A DNA stretch of 24,293 nt from Bdellovibrionota bacterium (GTDB lineage Bacteria > Bdellovibrionota > UBA1018 > UBA923), in NCBI GenBank assembly GCA_040754655.1, contig JBFMCE010000060.1, positions 1 through 24,293 on the forward strand. Direction: 5' to 3'. The number at the start of each line of letters is the position of its first letter. The stretch's first letter is position 1. Below, one piece after another: positions 1 to 9,438 of the stretch. Made by a program: the position numbers and the translations under genes. Under the pieces are notes generated by a model, which was given only the letters and a program-made list of their open reading frames with translations, had not been told where the DNA came from and ran no database searches.

Positions 1-87
1 AGTAGCGGCGGTGGTAGTGGAAGAGGACGAAAGCGTTTTGGTAGCGGCTCTGGCTCTGGCAAACCTAGAGGACCCAGTGGCAAGTGA
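1..87 (+). CDS. 3' end of a gene truncated by the window edge; Gly/Ser/Arg-rich low-complexity C-terminal tail
   Basis: Frame 1 reads SSGGGSGRGRKRFGSGSGSGKPRGPSGK then TGA at 85-87. Such tails are typical of RNA-binding proteins (e.g. DEAD-box helicases), but the identity cannot be determined. Confidence 0.6.
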   Translation, partial: SSGGGSGRGRKRFGSGSGSGKPRGPSGK

Positions 88-147
88 CTGCTGATGGCCC
101 GCGTGCGATTTTGGTTTAAGACGATGAAGACGAGCTTGTGCGCCGCA

Positions 148-167
148 AGAGTAGATAGAGCTACTCT
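148..167. terminator. Small hairpin between convergent genes; possible terminator
   Basis: AGAGTAG-atagag-CTACTCT, a 7-bp perfect stem. No clear U-tract. Confidence 0.3.
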
Positions 168-226
168 AACGAGCAAAAGCGAGTCTGATAAAGTATTGAG
201 CCAAACGCTTCACTTAATGAGTAGGG

Positions 227-1453
227 CTAGGCCACAGCGACGCAATTGCGGCCTTTAGCCTTAGCTTGATAAAGCGCCTTGTCGGCCGCACTTAAAACTT
301 CGTCGGCGGTTCTTCGAACCACGCTCTCATTTGAAATCCCCACGCTGATGGTGAGCTGAACCCGAGAGCTTGAGTTCGAAGAAGAACTGTCTTTGGGCGA
401 GGTGATGAAGAACTCTTTCTCGGCAAGCTTTTGTCGGATCAAATCCATCTTTTCGACCGCGGCCTGAGGATCGGTGTGTTCAAACACTAAAGTAAACTCT
501 TCCCCTCCATAACGAAACGCCAGGCCATTAGATTCATTTTCAAGGTGTTGGGCCACGAGGCAAAGGACTCGATCTCCTTCTTCGTGCCCGTAGGTGTCGT
601 TGAATTTCTTGAAATGATCGATGTCCACCATGGCGATCGCGTAACGACGGTTAAGGGTGGTGAGCTTTTCGTTCAAGGCGCGGCGGTTGGGAATTCCGGT
701 AAGCTCATCAAGGTAAATGCGCTGCCAATACAGGCGTAAGATTGCATACAAGATGAGGCTTGCGACAGAGATGAACCCCACGCCCAGTTCCAGCTGCAGC
801 CTGCCTGCATTCGAGCTCAAAATTGAAGTGCGTTGGATGATGTAAAACAGCGGCAGCAGGGCGGTCGCGGAAAAGATAGAGATGCCTCTGAGGTACCGTT
901 CGCGTGAAACGAGGCTGATGACCATGAAAACCAAGCCTGACAAAACCGCGAGGTCGGGCAGGTGAAGGAATCCAATTTGAGGGGAAAGCTGAAGATGAAC
1001 CAGGGTCCGTATGGCTTGCCACTTGAAATGCAATCCGACCGTCAGCGCTGTTAAAGGCAGAAACGTCGCCATCATTTGCGCCAGTCCCCGCAGGCTAAAG
1101 AGCCTGCCTTCCTTCGTGAAAAAAAGCGCGCACAACGATAGCGGTAGCGCGATTGCAATGACTCTCGTTTTAACCCGAAACCCGAACTGCGGCCAGAACG
1201 GCAGACCTTGAGACTGCGCGTACGCGTAACAGGTTGCGAAAAGCAGGCAGATGAACAAGATGCGCCGCTGACCAAGTCGAAAACCCAGGAAACCTGAAAG
1301 CCCTAGAAGCAGGTAGGGCAAGATGAAGACCAAGTCTTGAATGCTCCGTCGCGTGTGTGAATCGAGGGCTGTTTGATTGAATGCGATAAAGACAACGGGA
1401 AGAACTACGATTGCCAGTCCTGCCGCAACGGGTTGTAGTTTGTCTTTCCACAT
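227..1453 (-). CDS. Multi-pass membrane diguanylate cyclase (GGDEF domain)
   Basis: Several hydrophobic segments in the N-terminal ~240 aa, then DELTGIPNRR, DIDHFKKFNDTYGH, RYGGEEF, TISVG and ADKALYQAK..GRN motifs. Confidence 0.95.
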   Translation of the reverse strand: MWKDKLQPVAAGLAIVVLPVVFIAFNQTALDSHTRRSIQDLVFILPYLLLGLSGFLGFRLGQRRILFICLLFATCYAYAQSQGLPFWPQFGFRVKTRVIAIALPLSLCALFFTKEGRLFSLRGLAQMMATFLPLTALTVGLHFKWQAIRTLVHLQLSPQIGFLHLPDLAVLSGLVFMVISLVSRERYLRGISIFSATALLPLFYIIQRTSILSSNAGRLQLELGVGFISVASLILYAILRLYWQRIYLDELTGIPNRRALNEKLTTLNRRYAIAMVDIDHFKKFNDTYGHEEGDRVLCLVAQHLENESNGLAFRYGGEEFTLVFEHTDPQAAVEKMDLIRQKLAEKEFFITSPKDSSSSNSSSRVQLTISVGISNESVVRRTADEVLSAADKALYQAKAKGRNCVAVA

Positions 1454-1531
1454 TGAAATAGGTTCATCCCCTGATCCGAAGTCGCCCCTTAAGGGTAACC
1501 AAAGCCCAACGGGGATTCAATCAGAACCCCA

Positions 1532-1560
1532 TGGAAATCTACTTGAGAATCAACTAGAGT
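1532..1560 (+). promoter_or_regulatory. Putative sigma70-type promoter giving a leaderless prfC mRNA
   Basis: TGGAAA(1532-1537)-N17-TAGAGT(1555-1560), then 7 nt to ATG 1568. No SD sequence. Confidence 0.45.
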
Positions 1561-1567
1561 GCCCGCA

Positions 1568-3166
1568 ATGTCACAAAGCGTATTAGAACGGGAAGTGTCG
1601 CGCAGGCGCACTTTTGCAATCATCTCGCATCCGGATGCCGGAAAGACGACCCTCACCGAGAAACTGCTGTTATACGGCGGGGCGATTCACCTTGCCGGCG
1701 CGGTGAAAGCGAAGTCCAACCAACGCAACACTACTTCGGACTGGATGGAAATCGAGCGCCAAAGAGGGATATCGATCACCTCAAGCGTGCTTCAGTTTGA
1801 ATACCAAGGGCATCAAGTAAACCTGCTTGATACGCCTGGCCACAAAGACTTCTCCGAAGACACCTACCGCACGTTGACTGCGGCCGATGCCGCGGTGATG
1901 CTGATCGATGCCGCCAAGGGCGTCGAGGCGCAGACTCGCAAGCTTTTTGAAGTTTGCCGCATGCGCGGAATCCCAATCTTCACCTTCATCAACAAACTCG
2001 ACCGGCCCGGGCAAGATCCGCTTGATCTGCTCGATGAGCTCGAAAAGGTATTGGGCATCCGCTCGTGCCCGATGAGTTGGCCTATTGGTATGGGCCCTCA
2101 GTTTCGCGGGGTTTATGACCGTCAAAAACGAGAGGTGCTTTTTTATCAGACCGCCGGCGAAGCGAACGTAAAAGGAAAATTAAAGCCCAAACAGGTTTTA
2201 AGCATCGAAGACCCGATCTTCGATGATCAATTTCGCGCCGAACTCGAATTGCTTGAGCTTGCGGGCGATGCGTTTGACCTTGACCGCGTACTCACCGGAA
2301 GACTCACGCCGGTCTACTTTGGCAGCGCGATGAACAACTTTGGCGTTGAACACTTCTTGCAAAGCTTCCTTGAGATCGCCCCGCCTCCGAGTCCGCGAAG
2401 AACGACCGAAGGCGCGGGAATAGCGCCCACCAGCGAGAAATTCTCGGGGTTTATCTTCAAGATCCAAGCAAATATGGATCCGTCGCATCGCGATCGGGTC
2501 GCTTTTTTGCGGGTGTGCTCTGGAAAGTTCACCAGAGGCATGGGGGTTCAGCATGCGCGCCTTGAAAAAGCGGTAAAGCTCTCGAAGCCTCTTCATTTTC
2601 TCGCGCAAGAGCGGGTGGTCATTGAAGAGGCTTGGCCTGGAGACATCGTGGGGTTGCTGGATACCACAGGGGATTTGCGCATTGGGGACACCCTTTGCGA
2701 GGGAGGCGGATTTGAGTACGAGGGCGTGCCGCGCTTCTCGCCTGAGCACTTTGCGGGTGTTCAAATCTTGGATCCCATGAAACGCAAACAACTCAAGAAG
2801 GGGCTGGATCAGCTTTCAGAAGAAGGCGTCGTCCAAGTTTATAAGCAGCGCGGCTTAGGAGACAAAGACCCGATCCTGGGCGCCGTCGGAGCTCTGCAGT
2901 TTGAGGTCTTGAAGTTCAGGCTTCAAGCAGAATATGGCGTGAGCGTGAACATTGAAAAGCTCCCTTTCGTGCACGCCAGGTGGCTTGAAGGAGAAGGGTT
3001 TGACTCTGATGCCTTTGAGCGGCGAGAGGGAAACCGCTGCTTGGAAGACCGAGATGGCCAGCTTGTGATTTTGTTCCGCAGCGACTGGAGCTTGGGTTGG
3101 GCCGAAGACAATTACAATAATTTCAAATTTCTAAAGACTGCCCCTTTACCTCGAAAGAAATTCTGA
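1568..3166 (+). CDS. prfC: Peptide chain release factor 3
   Basis: RRRTFAIISHPDAGKTTLTEKLLL, SDWMEIERQRGISITSS, LLDTPGHKDFSEDTYR, NKLD, FKIQANMDP.HRDR and GAVG.LQFEV. ATG 1568 preferred over GTG 1559. Confidence 0.98.
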   Translation: MSQSVLEREVSRRRTFAIISHPDAGKTTLTEKLLLYGGAIHLAGAVKAKSNQRNTTSDWMEIERQRGISITSSVLQFEYQGHQVNLLDTPGHKDFSEDTYRTLTAADAAVMLIDAAKGVEAQTRKLFEVCRMRGIPIFTFINKLDRPGQDPLDLLDELEKVLGIRSCPMSWPIGMGPQFRGVYDRQKREVLFYQTAGEANVKGKLKPKQVLSIEDPIFDDQFRAELELLELAGDAFDLDRVLTGRLTPVYFGSAMNNFGVEHFLQSFLEIAPPPSPRRTTEGAGIAPTSEKFSGFIFKIQANMDPSHRDRVAFLRVCSGKFTRGMGVQHARLEKAVKLSKPLHFLAQERVVIEEAWPGDIVGLLDTTGDLRIGDTLCEGGGFEYEGVPRFSPEHFAGVQILDPMKRKQLKKGLDQLSEEGVVQVYKQRGLGDKDPILGAVGALQFEVLKFRLQAEYGVSVNIEKLPFVHARWLEGEGFDSDAFERREGNRCLEDRDGQLVILFRSDWSLGWAEDNYNNFKFLKTAPLPRKKF

Positions 3167-3259
3167 ATCGTTTGGCAAGCCTGTAAAGTTATGGCAGCTT
3201 TCTTTTATTGAGTCATTTCAAAGTGAAGTGCACCAACGGAACTTGTTTCAGGGGGAAAT

Positions 3260-4894
3260 ATGTCGGGTTGGCGCAGTCTCTGGCTTTTCTTTTTATTAGG
3301 CATCGTTACGACAGCTCGGGCGGAGTCGATTTTTGACTTCGCGGCGACGTCGGACGAGGTTGAGCTCTCAATTCCAGCGAATCTTCCTCGCGAGCACGAT
3401 TGGGAAGCGCTTCTGCGAAGACGCGAGCTGAAAGACTTTCGCATCGAAGTCAGGCTTCACGGCCCCTCGCCGTATGCACGTGATTCCGACACGCTTTTCA
3501 TCCCTGCCTCAAATACAAAGCTCTTTACGGCAGGCTTGGCGCTTGAGCGCCTCGGACGCGATTATCAATTTGAAACGCGAATCGAATGGCATCGCCTCGA
3601 CACTCGCGATGCGACCAAGGTCACTCAACTCACGCTTGTGGGTTCAGGAGATCCGACCTGGGGGCTTCCTGAACTCGGGGAAACTCTCTCTACCCGCGTC
3701 GACAGGTTAGCGGACCAGCTTTATTTGCAGGGAGTCCGGGAGATTCATGGTGAGATCAAACTTCGCGCATCAGACCAAAGGTGGAATTCCCTCTCTTATC
3801 CTGCAGGTTGGACGCAGGAAGAAAAAACACAATGTTACGGGGCTTTGCCGCAGGCCTTCAATCTTGATATCAATTGCGCAGCCTATATTGTGCGTGGGGT
3901 GGGTCGGGGAAGATGGGCCGACAAAGGAGTGGCTACCCCTGTTGAGCTTGCATTGCGCTCTGGGGAAGAGACGAAACTTTATGTGGCGCCGGTTGAAAAT
4001 CAAAACGGGGTTTCGGTTGGGTTTCGCGTCACGGGAACCTGGAAACAAGGTTCTCAAGCCAAACAATTGATTTTACCCATCAACGACGTGGGTGCGTGGG
4101 TGAGAAATCTTTTCATAGAGTCGCTTAAAAAAAAGGGCATCCGCATTGTGACCGAACCGCCCGATCGTTGGAATGCCAAGGCATATTCGACGAGGCACTA
4201 CTCACCAGAGCTTGAACAAGTCTTGAAACCCTTTCTCAAACAAAGCATCAATGTCATCGGTGATGCCCTGTTCAAATACATGGGTCAAAAGTTTGGCGGC
4301 GCGAATGAAGACTTGTGGCAAGCGGGGCAGTCGGTGATGAGCCGTTACATCTCTAATCTTGGAACTTTAACGGCGCGTGCACAGCGAATTCGACCAACCT
4401 ACGGTTACTTCGCGAAACGCGTCTCTCTGGTCGACGGATCAGGGATCTCGCGAGAGAGCAGTGTGACCACGGGCGCTGTGATGACGCTATTGCAGGACTT
4501 AAAAGTGCGTGATGACTTTGACGTGATTTGGGGCGCGCTGCCGATTGCCGGGAAAGACGGCACGCTGGTTTATCGGATGCGCAATACGGCTGCGCACCAG
4601 GTTCTGCGCGCCAAAACGGGCACGCTTCGAGGTGTCTACAATCTTTCAGGATACGTGCCGAAGTACGGTGCTAAAGGAGAAATCCTTGAATACTTTCCAT
4701 TTGTGATCTTGAGCAAGACGACACAGAAGTATAAAGCGGCGGCAAGATCCGCCCAAGACAGGGTAGGCGCCGCGTTGGCCGAGATCGTGAACGCGAAAGT
4801 CAACGCTCGCCGATTGGCCATCGAAGACGATGCGCCTGCGGAAGGGTGTCTGCGCATTTTCGATGAAACTTGCGATGCGATTCCCCAACCCTAG
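3260..4894 (+). CDS. dacB: D-alanyl-D-alanine carboxypeptidase/endopeptidase (PBP4, peptidase S13), secreted
   Basis: Signal peptide (..TARA/ES), catalytic PASNTK (SxxK), SIN (SxN) and AKTGTL (KTG), plus GSGDP, DGSGISR and GKDGTL. GGGGGA SD upstream. Confidence 0.93.
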   Translation: MSGWRSLWLFFLLGIVTTARAESIFDFAATSDEVELSIPANLPREHDWEALLRRRELKDFRIEVRLHGPSPYARDSDTLFIPASNTKLFTAGLALERLGRDYQFETRIEWHRLDTRDATKVTQLTLVGSGDPTWGLPELGETLSTRVDRLADQLYLQGVREIHGEIKLRASDQRWNSLSYPAGWTQEEKTQCYGALPQAFNLDINCAAYIVRGVGRGRWADKGVATPVELALRSGEETKLYVAPVENQNGVSVGFRVTGTWKQGSQAKQLILPINDVGAWVRNLFIESLKKKGIRIVTEPPDRWNAKAYSTRHYSPELEQVLKPFLKQSINVIGDALFKYMGQKFGGANEDLWQAGQSVMSRYISNLGTLTARAQRIRPTYGYFAKRVSLVDGSGISRESSVTTGAVMTLLQDLKVRDDFDVIWGALPIAGKDGTLVYRMRNTAAHQVLRAKTGTLRGVYNLSGYVPKYGAKGEILEYFPFVILSKTTQKYKAAARSAQDRVGAALAEIVNAKVNARRLAIEDDAPAEGCLRIFDETCDAIPQP

Positions 4895-4914
4895 GCGGCA
4901 GGCAAAAAGCAGCT

Positions 4915-6198
4915 CTAAAGATCAGGCAGAAACCAGAGGCACAGCATCGCGATCAGCGTGGGAATGATTGCGAAAACGAAAAGCCTTCCCGCGCCGATTC
5001 CATCCGTTCCGAAACGATTCTTCAAGATACCGTAACCCACGGGGTTCGGGGCATTCGCGATCACGGTAAGGCCACCTCCTGCGACAGCTCCGGCGACCAG
5101 GCTGTACTTCAGCGAGTCAGAAAGCCCTGGTACTTGTGAGCCCAGGTAAGTCAGTGCCGCGTTGTCGGTAATGGCCGTGAGTGCGGTCGAGCCTAGGAAA
5201 AGCGGGAGCAAATCAAGTTGAGTGAGCAAGGGCTCAAGCCACCACCTCTGGAGATTCCCAAGAACAACAAGTCCACCCAGGAAAAACGCGACCAGCAGGC
5301 TTTCCCTCAACTGAATCGGATCTTGATGTTCTTCGGTGACCCTGGTGAGGCCTAAGAAAAAAAGAAGCAATCCCAAGACAATCACCAGGTGGTGGGCCGC
5401 TACCACGGTCACTAATAAGAAAATCAGATGGAGCGCGATCAGCCAGTGGGGGGCTGTTTGAGTAGAGCGCAACGGAGCGTCTTTGGCTGCAGCCAGTTTC
5501 GAGAGTTCTTTCCTAAAGACAAAAGCAACCGCGCCCGCGTTGAAAAAAACCGCTAGCACTGATTTCCAACCAAAGTGGGTGAACATGAAATTCAAGTCCC
5601 AATTCCAAGTGCGCGCGACCATGACTACAGGGGGCGCTGCGAACTGAGTGAGCGTGCCCCCGATCGAGATGTTCACGAACAGCGTCGCCAAAGTAGCGTA
5701 CTTGAGGTTGTCAGAGATCTTGCGGTCGTAAAAGTTCTCTTTAAGGAGAAGCGCCGTCACAGCCATTGCGGCAGGCTCGGTGATGAAGCTGCCTAGAAGA
5801 GGTCCTATCGAAAGAAGTATGGCAAACAAGGCTAGCTCTCGTTTGAAAGGAATCAACCTTGCGATCGTTTGCATCACCATCCGGGCAAGCGCAAGCACGG
5901 GTCGTGTAGCCGCGATCGTCATGATCGCGAAGACAAAGCCAGGCTCCGTGAAGTTCAGGCCTTCAAGGTATTCCACTGCATGGGATGAGCCGGCGGTGAA
6001 TGTGATAGTGACAAGCAAGATCCCGGCCCAGAGCCCGAATACGACTTCAATTTCTGAAATCAGATGAAAAAAGTTTTCCCCCACCGAGCCTTCAGGGTAC
6101 TTGTGGGCGAAGTGCCGGATCCATTTTGCGCTGAACGTATGGGCGATCGCAAGACCAAAGAGGACCGTGCTGAGATATTCAACATGCCGTGGCGTCAT
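4915..6198 (-). CDS. Putative Na+/H+ antiporter (DUF1504-like, ion transporter superfamily)
   Basis: Highly hydrophobic. Motifs EIEVVFGLW, LGSFITEPAAM, LFVNISIGGTLT.FAAPPV, TDNAALTYL and GGGLTVIANAPNP. ATG 6198 overlaps the upstream stop (ATGA), with an AGGAAGG SD. Confidence 0.85.
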   Translation of the reverse strand: MTPRHVEYLSTVLFGLAIAHTFSAKWIRHFAHKYPEGSVGENFFHLISEIEVVFGLWAGILLVTITFTAGSSHAVEYLEGLNFTEPGFVFAIMTIAATRPVLALARMVMQTIARLIPFKRELALFAILLSIGPLLGSFITEPAAMAVTALLLKENFYDRKISDNLKYATLATLFVNISIGGTLTQFAAPPVVMVARTWNWDLNFMFTHFGWKSVLAVFFNAGAVAFVFRKELSKLAAAKDAPLRSTQTAPHWLIALHLIFLLVTVVAAHHLVIVLGLLLFFLGLTRVTEEHQDPIQLRESLLVAFFLGGLVVLGNLQRWWLEPLLTQLDLLPLFLGSTALTAITDNAALTYLGSQVPGLSDSLKYSLVAGAVAGGGLTVIANAPNPVGYGILKNRFGTDGIGAGRLFVFAIIPTLIAMLCLWFLPDL

Positions 6199-7880
6199 TG
6201 ATGGCCTTCCTTTAAACAATGAAGTGTTTTTAAATCTCTAGATGCTTTTTCGTATCGCCCGCAGGCATCGACCCTGCACCAGATCGAAACCATGCGACTT
6301 GAAACCACTCTCTGATATTTCAGGGGATCGATTCGTTTGAGTTGTTCCGGCATTGCCTCGCTCGCGTACAAACTCAGCCGTTCCCACGTAGAGACGGCAA
6401 TGAAATCTTCAAAGGCCTGGTCAGCTGTTTGAAAGAGATTGGCGGTCTTCCTATGGGCAAGATGAGGATGGATCGAACTTTGCGTAAGAACACTTGCTTC
6501 TTGAGGGATGAGATTAACCGCCTGTTGCAGGCAATGGTGGCCGTCTGTCGGCGCGTACTGACGGATCGACACAAGGGGGCTTCGGCCATAAACGCAGAAC
6601 AACGAGATCAGCGCGAGAACCGCGGCAGGTACCGTGCCCCACTGGTTTGACCTCAAACGAAATCCGATTGCCAGGGTGGCCATGAGAAAGGGCGTTAAGA
6701 TCAGTTCGTAGTGGTATCCGATGCGCTGAGGAGTGAAGAGAAGATTCAAGGCGACAAGAAAGAGCGTGACTAAGAACGGCGCGGCCGTCTTTAGCGAGCG
6801 AAAGCTGACGAAGAAGATCACCGGAAACAAGATCTTATAAACGTATTTGAACGAACCTTGGTCAATCTTGGCTTTCAAAATCTTAATGAGGCTGTCGATG
6901 GGATTTGAGACGAGGTTCTTAAAAACCTCGCTCGTAGTGCCGCCTAAAGGCGAGAGCCTTCCCGCGAGGACTGATTGGCTTTCGCCTTGGAAGAAGCTGG
7001 GCATCACCCAAAGATTGATCATTGCGAATGCGGCAAGGCTAACGAGGCAAAGAGCCAAACCATGGCGTTTGTTCTTTTGCGCCACCAGCCAAATGCCAAC
7101 GCCAAACAGGGCAAACGGCGCATTCTCTTTGACGAGAAGAGTGAAGGCGGCGAGGCACCAGAAGAGGCGCCATCGATTGGCGCGAAACGCGTAAACAACG
7201 CCAAACAGAAGCGGGATGAAAAATGCATCCTCTTTGAAGTCAAAGAGCATCGCCGAGCGCACCGAAGGGTGCATGAGGTAGAGGGTTGAAAGCAACAACG
7301 AAGGCAGAGGCTGGATTTTCTCTTGCCTGCCGATGAGGTAAACGAAGAGCGCTCCCGAGGAAACGAACACCGGCAGCAAGAAAAGAAGCCAATAAACGGA
7401 ATCCCATAAACGGTAGAGTGGCGCGATAAGAGCGAAAATGGGCGAAAAGTGTTCGCTGAGGAGGGTGCCATTGCGTGAAATAGAGGATCCAAAAGCAAGC
7501 GCCGATTCCTTGAGGTGTGCCGTAGACCAAATGGCTTGGTCGGCAAAACTCAAGTCAAAAGCGTTTGAGTGAAAAGACTGGTAACGCCAGACCTGGGCCC
7601 AGGTGTAGAGAAGGGTGTTTGCGGCGATCAGAACCGCCAAGACCCGAAGGGGATCTAGTCTTTTCAGTTTGGTTGCAAGGTTTGCCGTTTTCTTTTCAAG
7701 AAAGGGCGAAAGCGCTTTGCCGCTTTTCTTGAAGTGCAAAAACGTCAAGATCAGCAAAGTCCAGCCAAAGAGGTCGACCTGAGAAAGTTCGATCTTTCCG
7801 TAAAAACCGCCTGTCACAATCAAGAGGGCGATCAAAATCCAGAGTGCTGTGAGAGTCGTAGACACTTTAAAGCTCTTCAC
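6195..7880 (-). CDS. DUF2079-like multi-pass membrane protein (probable GT-C fold glycosyltransferase)
   Basis: FDLSFADQAIW, EHFSPI..L.APLY, FDF.ED, L.VKEN and YHY motifs, many TM helices, and a soluble C-terminal IP..ASV domain. Confidence 0.75.
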   Translation of the reverse strand: MKSFKVSTTLTALWILIALLIVTGGFYGKIELSQVDLFGWTLLILTFLHFKKSGKALSPFLEKKTANLATKLKRLDPLRVLAVLIAANTLLYTWAQVWRYQSFHSNAFDLSFADQAIWSTAHLKESALAFGSSISRNGTLLSEHFSPIFALIAPLYRLWDSVYWLLFLLPVFVSSGALFVYLIGRQEKIQPLPSLLLSTLYLMHPSVRSAMLFDFKEDAFFIPLLFGVVYAFRANRWRLFWCLAAFTLLVKENAPFALFGVGIWLVAQKNKRHGLALCLVSLAAFAMINLWVMPSFFQGESQSVLAGRLSPLGGTTSEVFKNLVSNPIDSLIKILKAKIDQGSFKYVYKILFPVIFFVSFRSLKTAAPFLVTLFLVALNLLFTPQRIGYHYELILTPFLMATLAIGFRLRSNQWGTVPAAVLALISLFCVYGRSPLVSIRQYAPTDGHHCLQQAVNLIPQEASVLTQSSIHPHLAHRKTANLFQTADQAFEDFIAVSTWERLSLYASEAMPEQLKRIDPLKYQRVVSSRMVSIWCRVDACGRYEKASRDLKTLHCLKEGHQ

Positions 7881-7919
7881 GTGGAGGTTGAGGCCAAAAG
7901 TGCTCGGAAATCGCTCGTT

Positions 7920-8354
7920 CTATTCGCCAATTTTCCTCCCTTGGGTAAACCGCTGCTCTGGGCCGGGACCAACGTAAACTTGAACGGCTTTTACGGGGCC
8001 TTTTCCGGGAAGCACCCTGGCGGAATGAGGCACACTCGCCGGGATGTAGATGGCAGCACCCGGGCCTGCTTTTATTTTTTCACGCCCGATTTTCATCTCG
8101 ACGTGCCCAGACTCGATGTACAGGATTTCTGCGCTTTGTTCATGAACGTGTTCGGCAACTTGAGCAGAGGCAAACAGAGTCAAAGTTGAAAGAGACGCTA
8201 TTTTGGAGCCTGTCGATTCATTGAGATAAAGCCTTGCGGAACCTTTTCCGCCTAAGATTTCGTAATGGGGCGCATCTTTTTGAGGCACGACCCATTTGGT
8301 TTGGGCAAAAGCAAGCGTTGGGACCAAAAAGAATAATAAGATGAGGTGACGCAC
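7920..8354 (-). CDS. Secreted cupin-domain protein
   Basis: Signal peptide ending AFA/Q. Cupin motifs HVHEQSAEILYIESG and G.AIYIPASVPHS. AAGGAAGG SD. Confidence 0.85.
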   Translation of the reverse strand: MRHLILLFFLVPTLAFAQTKWVVPQKDAPHYEILGGKGSARLYLNESTGSKIASLSTLTLFASAQVAEHVHEQSAEILYIESGHVEMKIGREKIKAGPGAAIYIPASVPHSARVLPGKGPVKAVQVYVGPGPEQRFTQGRKIGE

Positions 8355-8482
8355 GTTCTGGCTTTCCTTCCTTTCATCGATTCTAGCTCGACTTTATCGC
8401 GGAGGCGATTCCTGGTTTAGGATAGCTTGTTTATTTACTTTGGTGGCCCAGGTTTTGTGCTAGCGCTTCCACGCGCGGTCGT

Positions 8483-9376
8483 TCAGGCCGCGCGTTCGAC
8501 TCGAATCTCCGCGTGCTCTTGCGGTGCGCATTCCTTTCCGCAATGTCTGGCATACACCTTGGTGAATTCCGCTCCTAAGAACAAGATCTGCGCTGAGTAG
8601 TACAACCACAAGAGCACTATCACAAGCGAACCTGCCGCACCATAAACCGATGTCACACTGCTCTTGCCGAGGTAAGTTCCGATGGCGTATTTTCCTAGAG
8701 TGAAAAGCACGGCAGTAAAAGCTCCGCCTAGCCAGACGTCTTGCCATTTGAGCTTTACGTCTGGAATGATGCGATACATCGCCGCAAAGAGAAAAGTGAC
8801 CACGCCAAATGAAACGCCAAGGTTTACAAACTGCCAAATAGAGGCCCCTCCCGGGAGAGCCTGGGTAAAGTACTTCTCTAGGGCGGCAAGCGCGGTTGAG
8901 ATCACGAGAGAGGTGAGCAGAAGAAATCCGGTGCCTAACACGACAGCGAAAGCCCGAAAGCGTTTTTTCAAGATCCGTAAGAAGGGTTGGCCCGGCTTGG
9001 GGCGGACCTTCCAGATTTCATTGAAGGCGTCTTGCAGCTGGCCGAACACCGCGGATGCGCCCAAGAGGAGCGTGAAAATTCCGATCACAGTCGCTTTGAC
9101 CCCCGACTCTGGTTTCTCGGCATTGTTCAACATCCCTTCGATCGCGGTAGCGCCGCTTTCGCCGATGAAGCCTTTAATCGTTCCGAGCAGTTCATTTCGA
9201 GCTACGTCTTCGCCAAACACGAAACCTGCAACTGCGATGCAAATGAGAAGAAGCGGAGCCAAAGAAAAGAGCGTGTAAAATGCAAGCGCTGCGCCTAGAC
9301 GACCAGCATTGTCATCAAACCAATTGAGAAAAGTATCCTTGAGTAACCTAAAAGCGGTTCGAATTTTTGACAACAT
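8483..9376 (-). CDS. YihY/virulence factor BrkB family inner membrane protein
   Basis: GAALAFYTLFSLAPLL, LQDAFNEIW, YGAAGSLVIVLLWLYYSAQILFLGAEF. ATG 9376 preferred over the track start at 9397. Confidence 0.93.
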   Translation of the reverse strand: MLSKIRTAFRLLKDTFLNWFDDNAGRLGAALAFYTLFSLAPLLLICIAVAGFVFGEDVARNELLGTIKGFIGESGATAIEGMLNNAEKPESGVKATVIGIFTLLLGASAVFGQLQDAFNEIWKVRPKPGQPFLRILKKRFRAFAVVLGTGFLLLTSLVISTALAALEKYFTQALPGGASIWQFVNLGVSFGVVTFLFAAMYRIIPDVKLKWQDVWLGGAFTAVLFTLGKYAIGTYLGKSSVTSVYGAAGSLVIVLLWLYYSAQILFLGAEFTKVYARHCGKECAPQEHAEIRVERAA

Positions 9377-9392
9377 GGCTTGTCGTTGAAAT

Positions 9393-9409
9393 GGCAATTT
9401 GCGTGCCGA
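9393..9409 (-). promoter_or_regulatory. Putative sigma54 (-24/-12) promoter for the YihY gene
   Basis: Minus strand reads TCGGCACGCAAATTGCC, matching GGCACG-N4-TTGC with exact GG-N10-GC spacing. Confidence 0.6.
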
Positions 9410-9438
9410 TTTTTTTGTTAGCCCTAGTTGCCCTATTT

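Noticed and set aside
2198..2791. 197-aa antisense ORF inside prfC
   Set aside because: Shadow of a highly conserved gene, with no recognisable motifs.
8682..9278. 198-aa antisense ORF inside yihY
   Set aside because: Antisense shadow of a hydrophobic gene, with no independent evidence.
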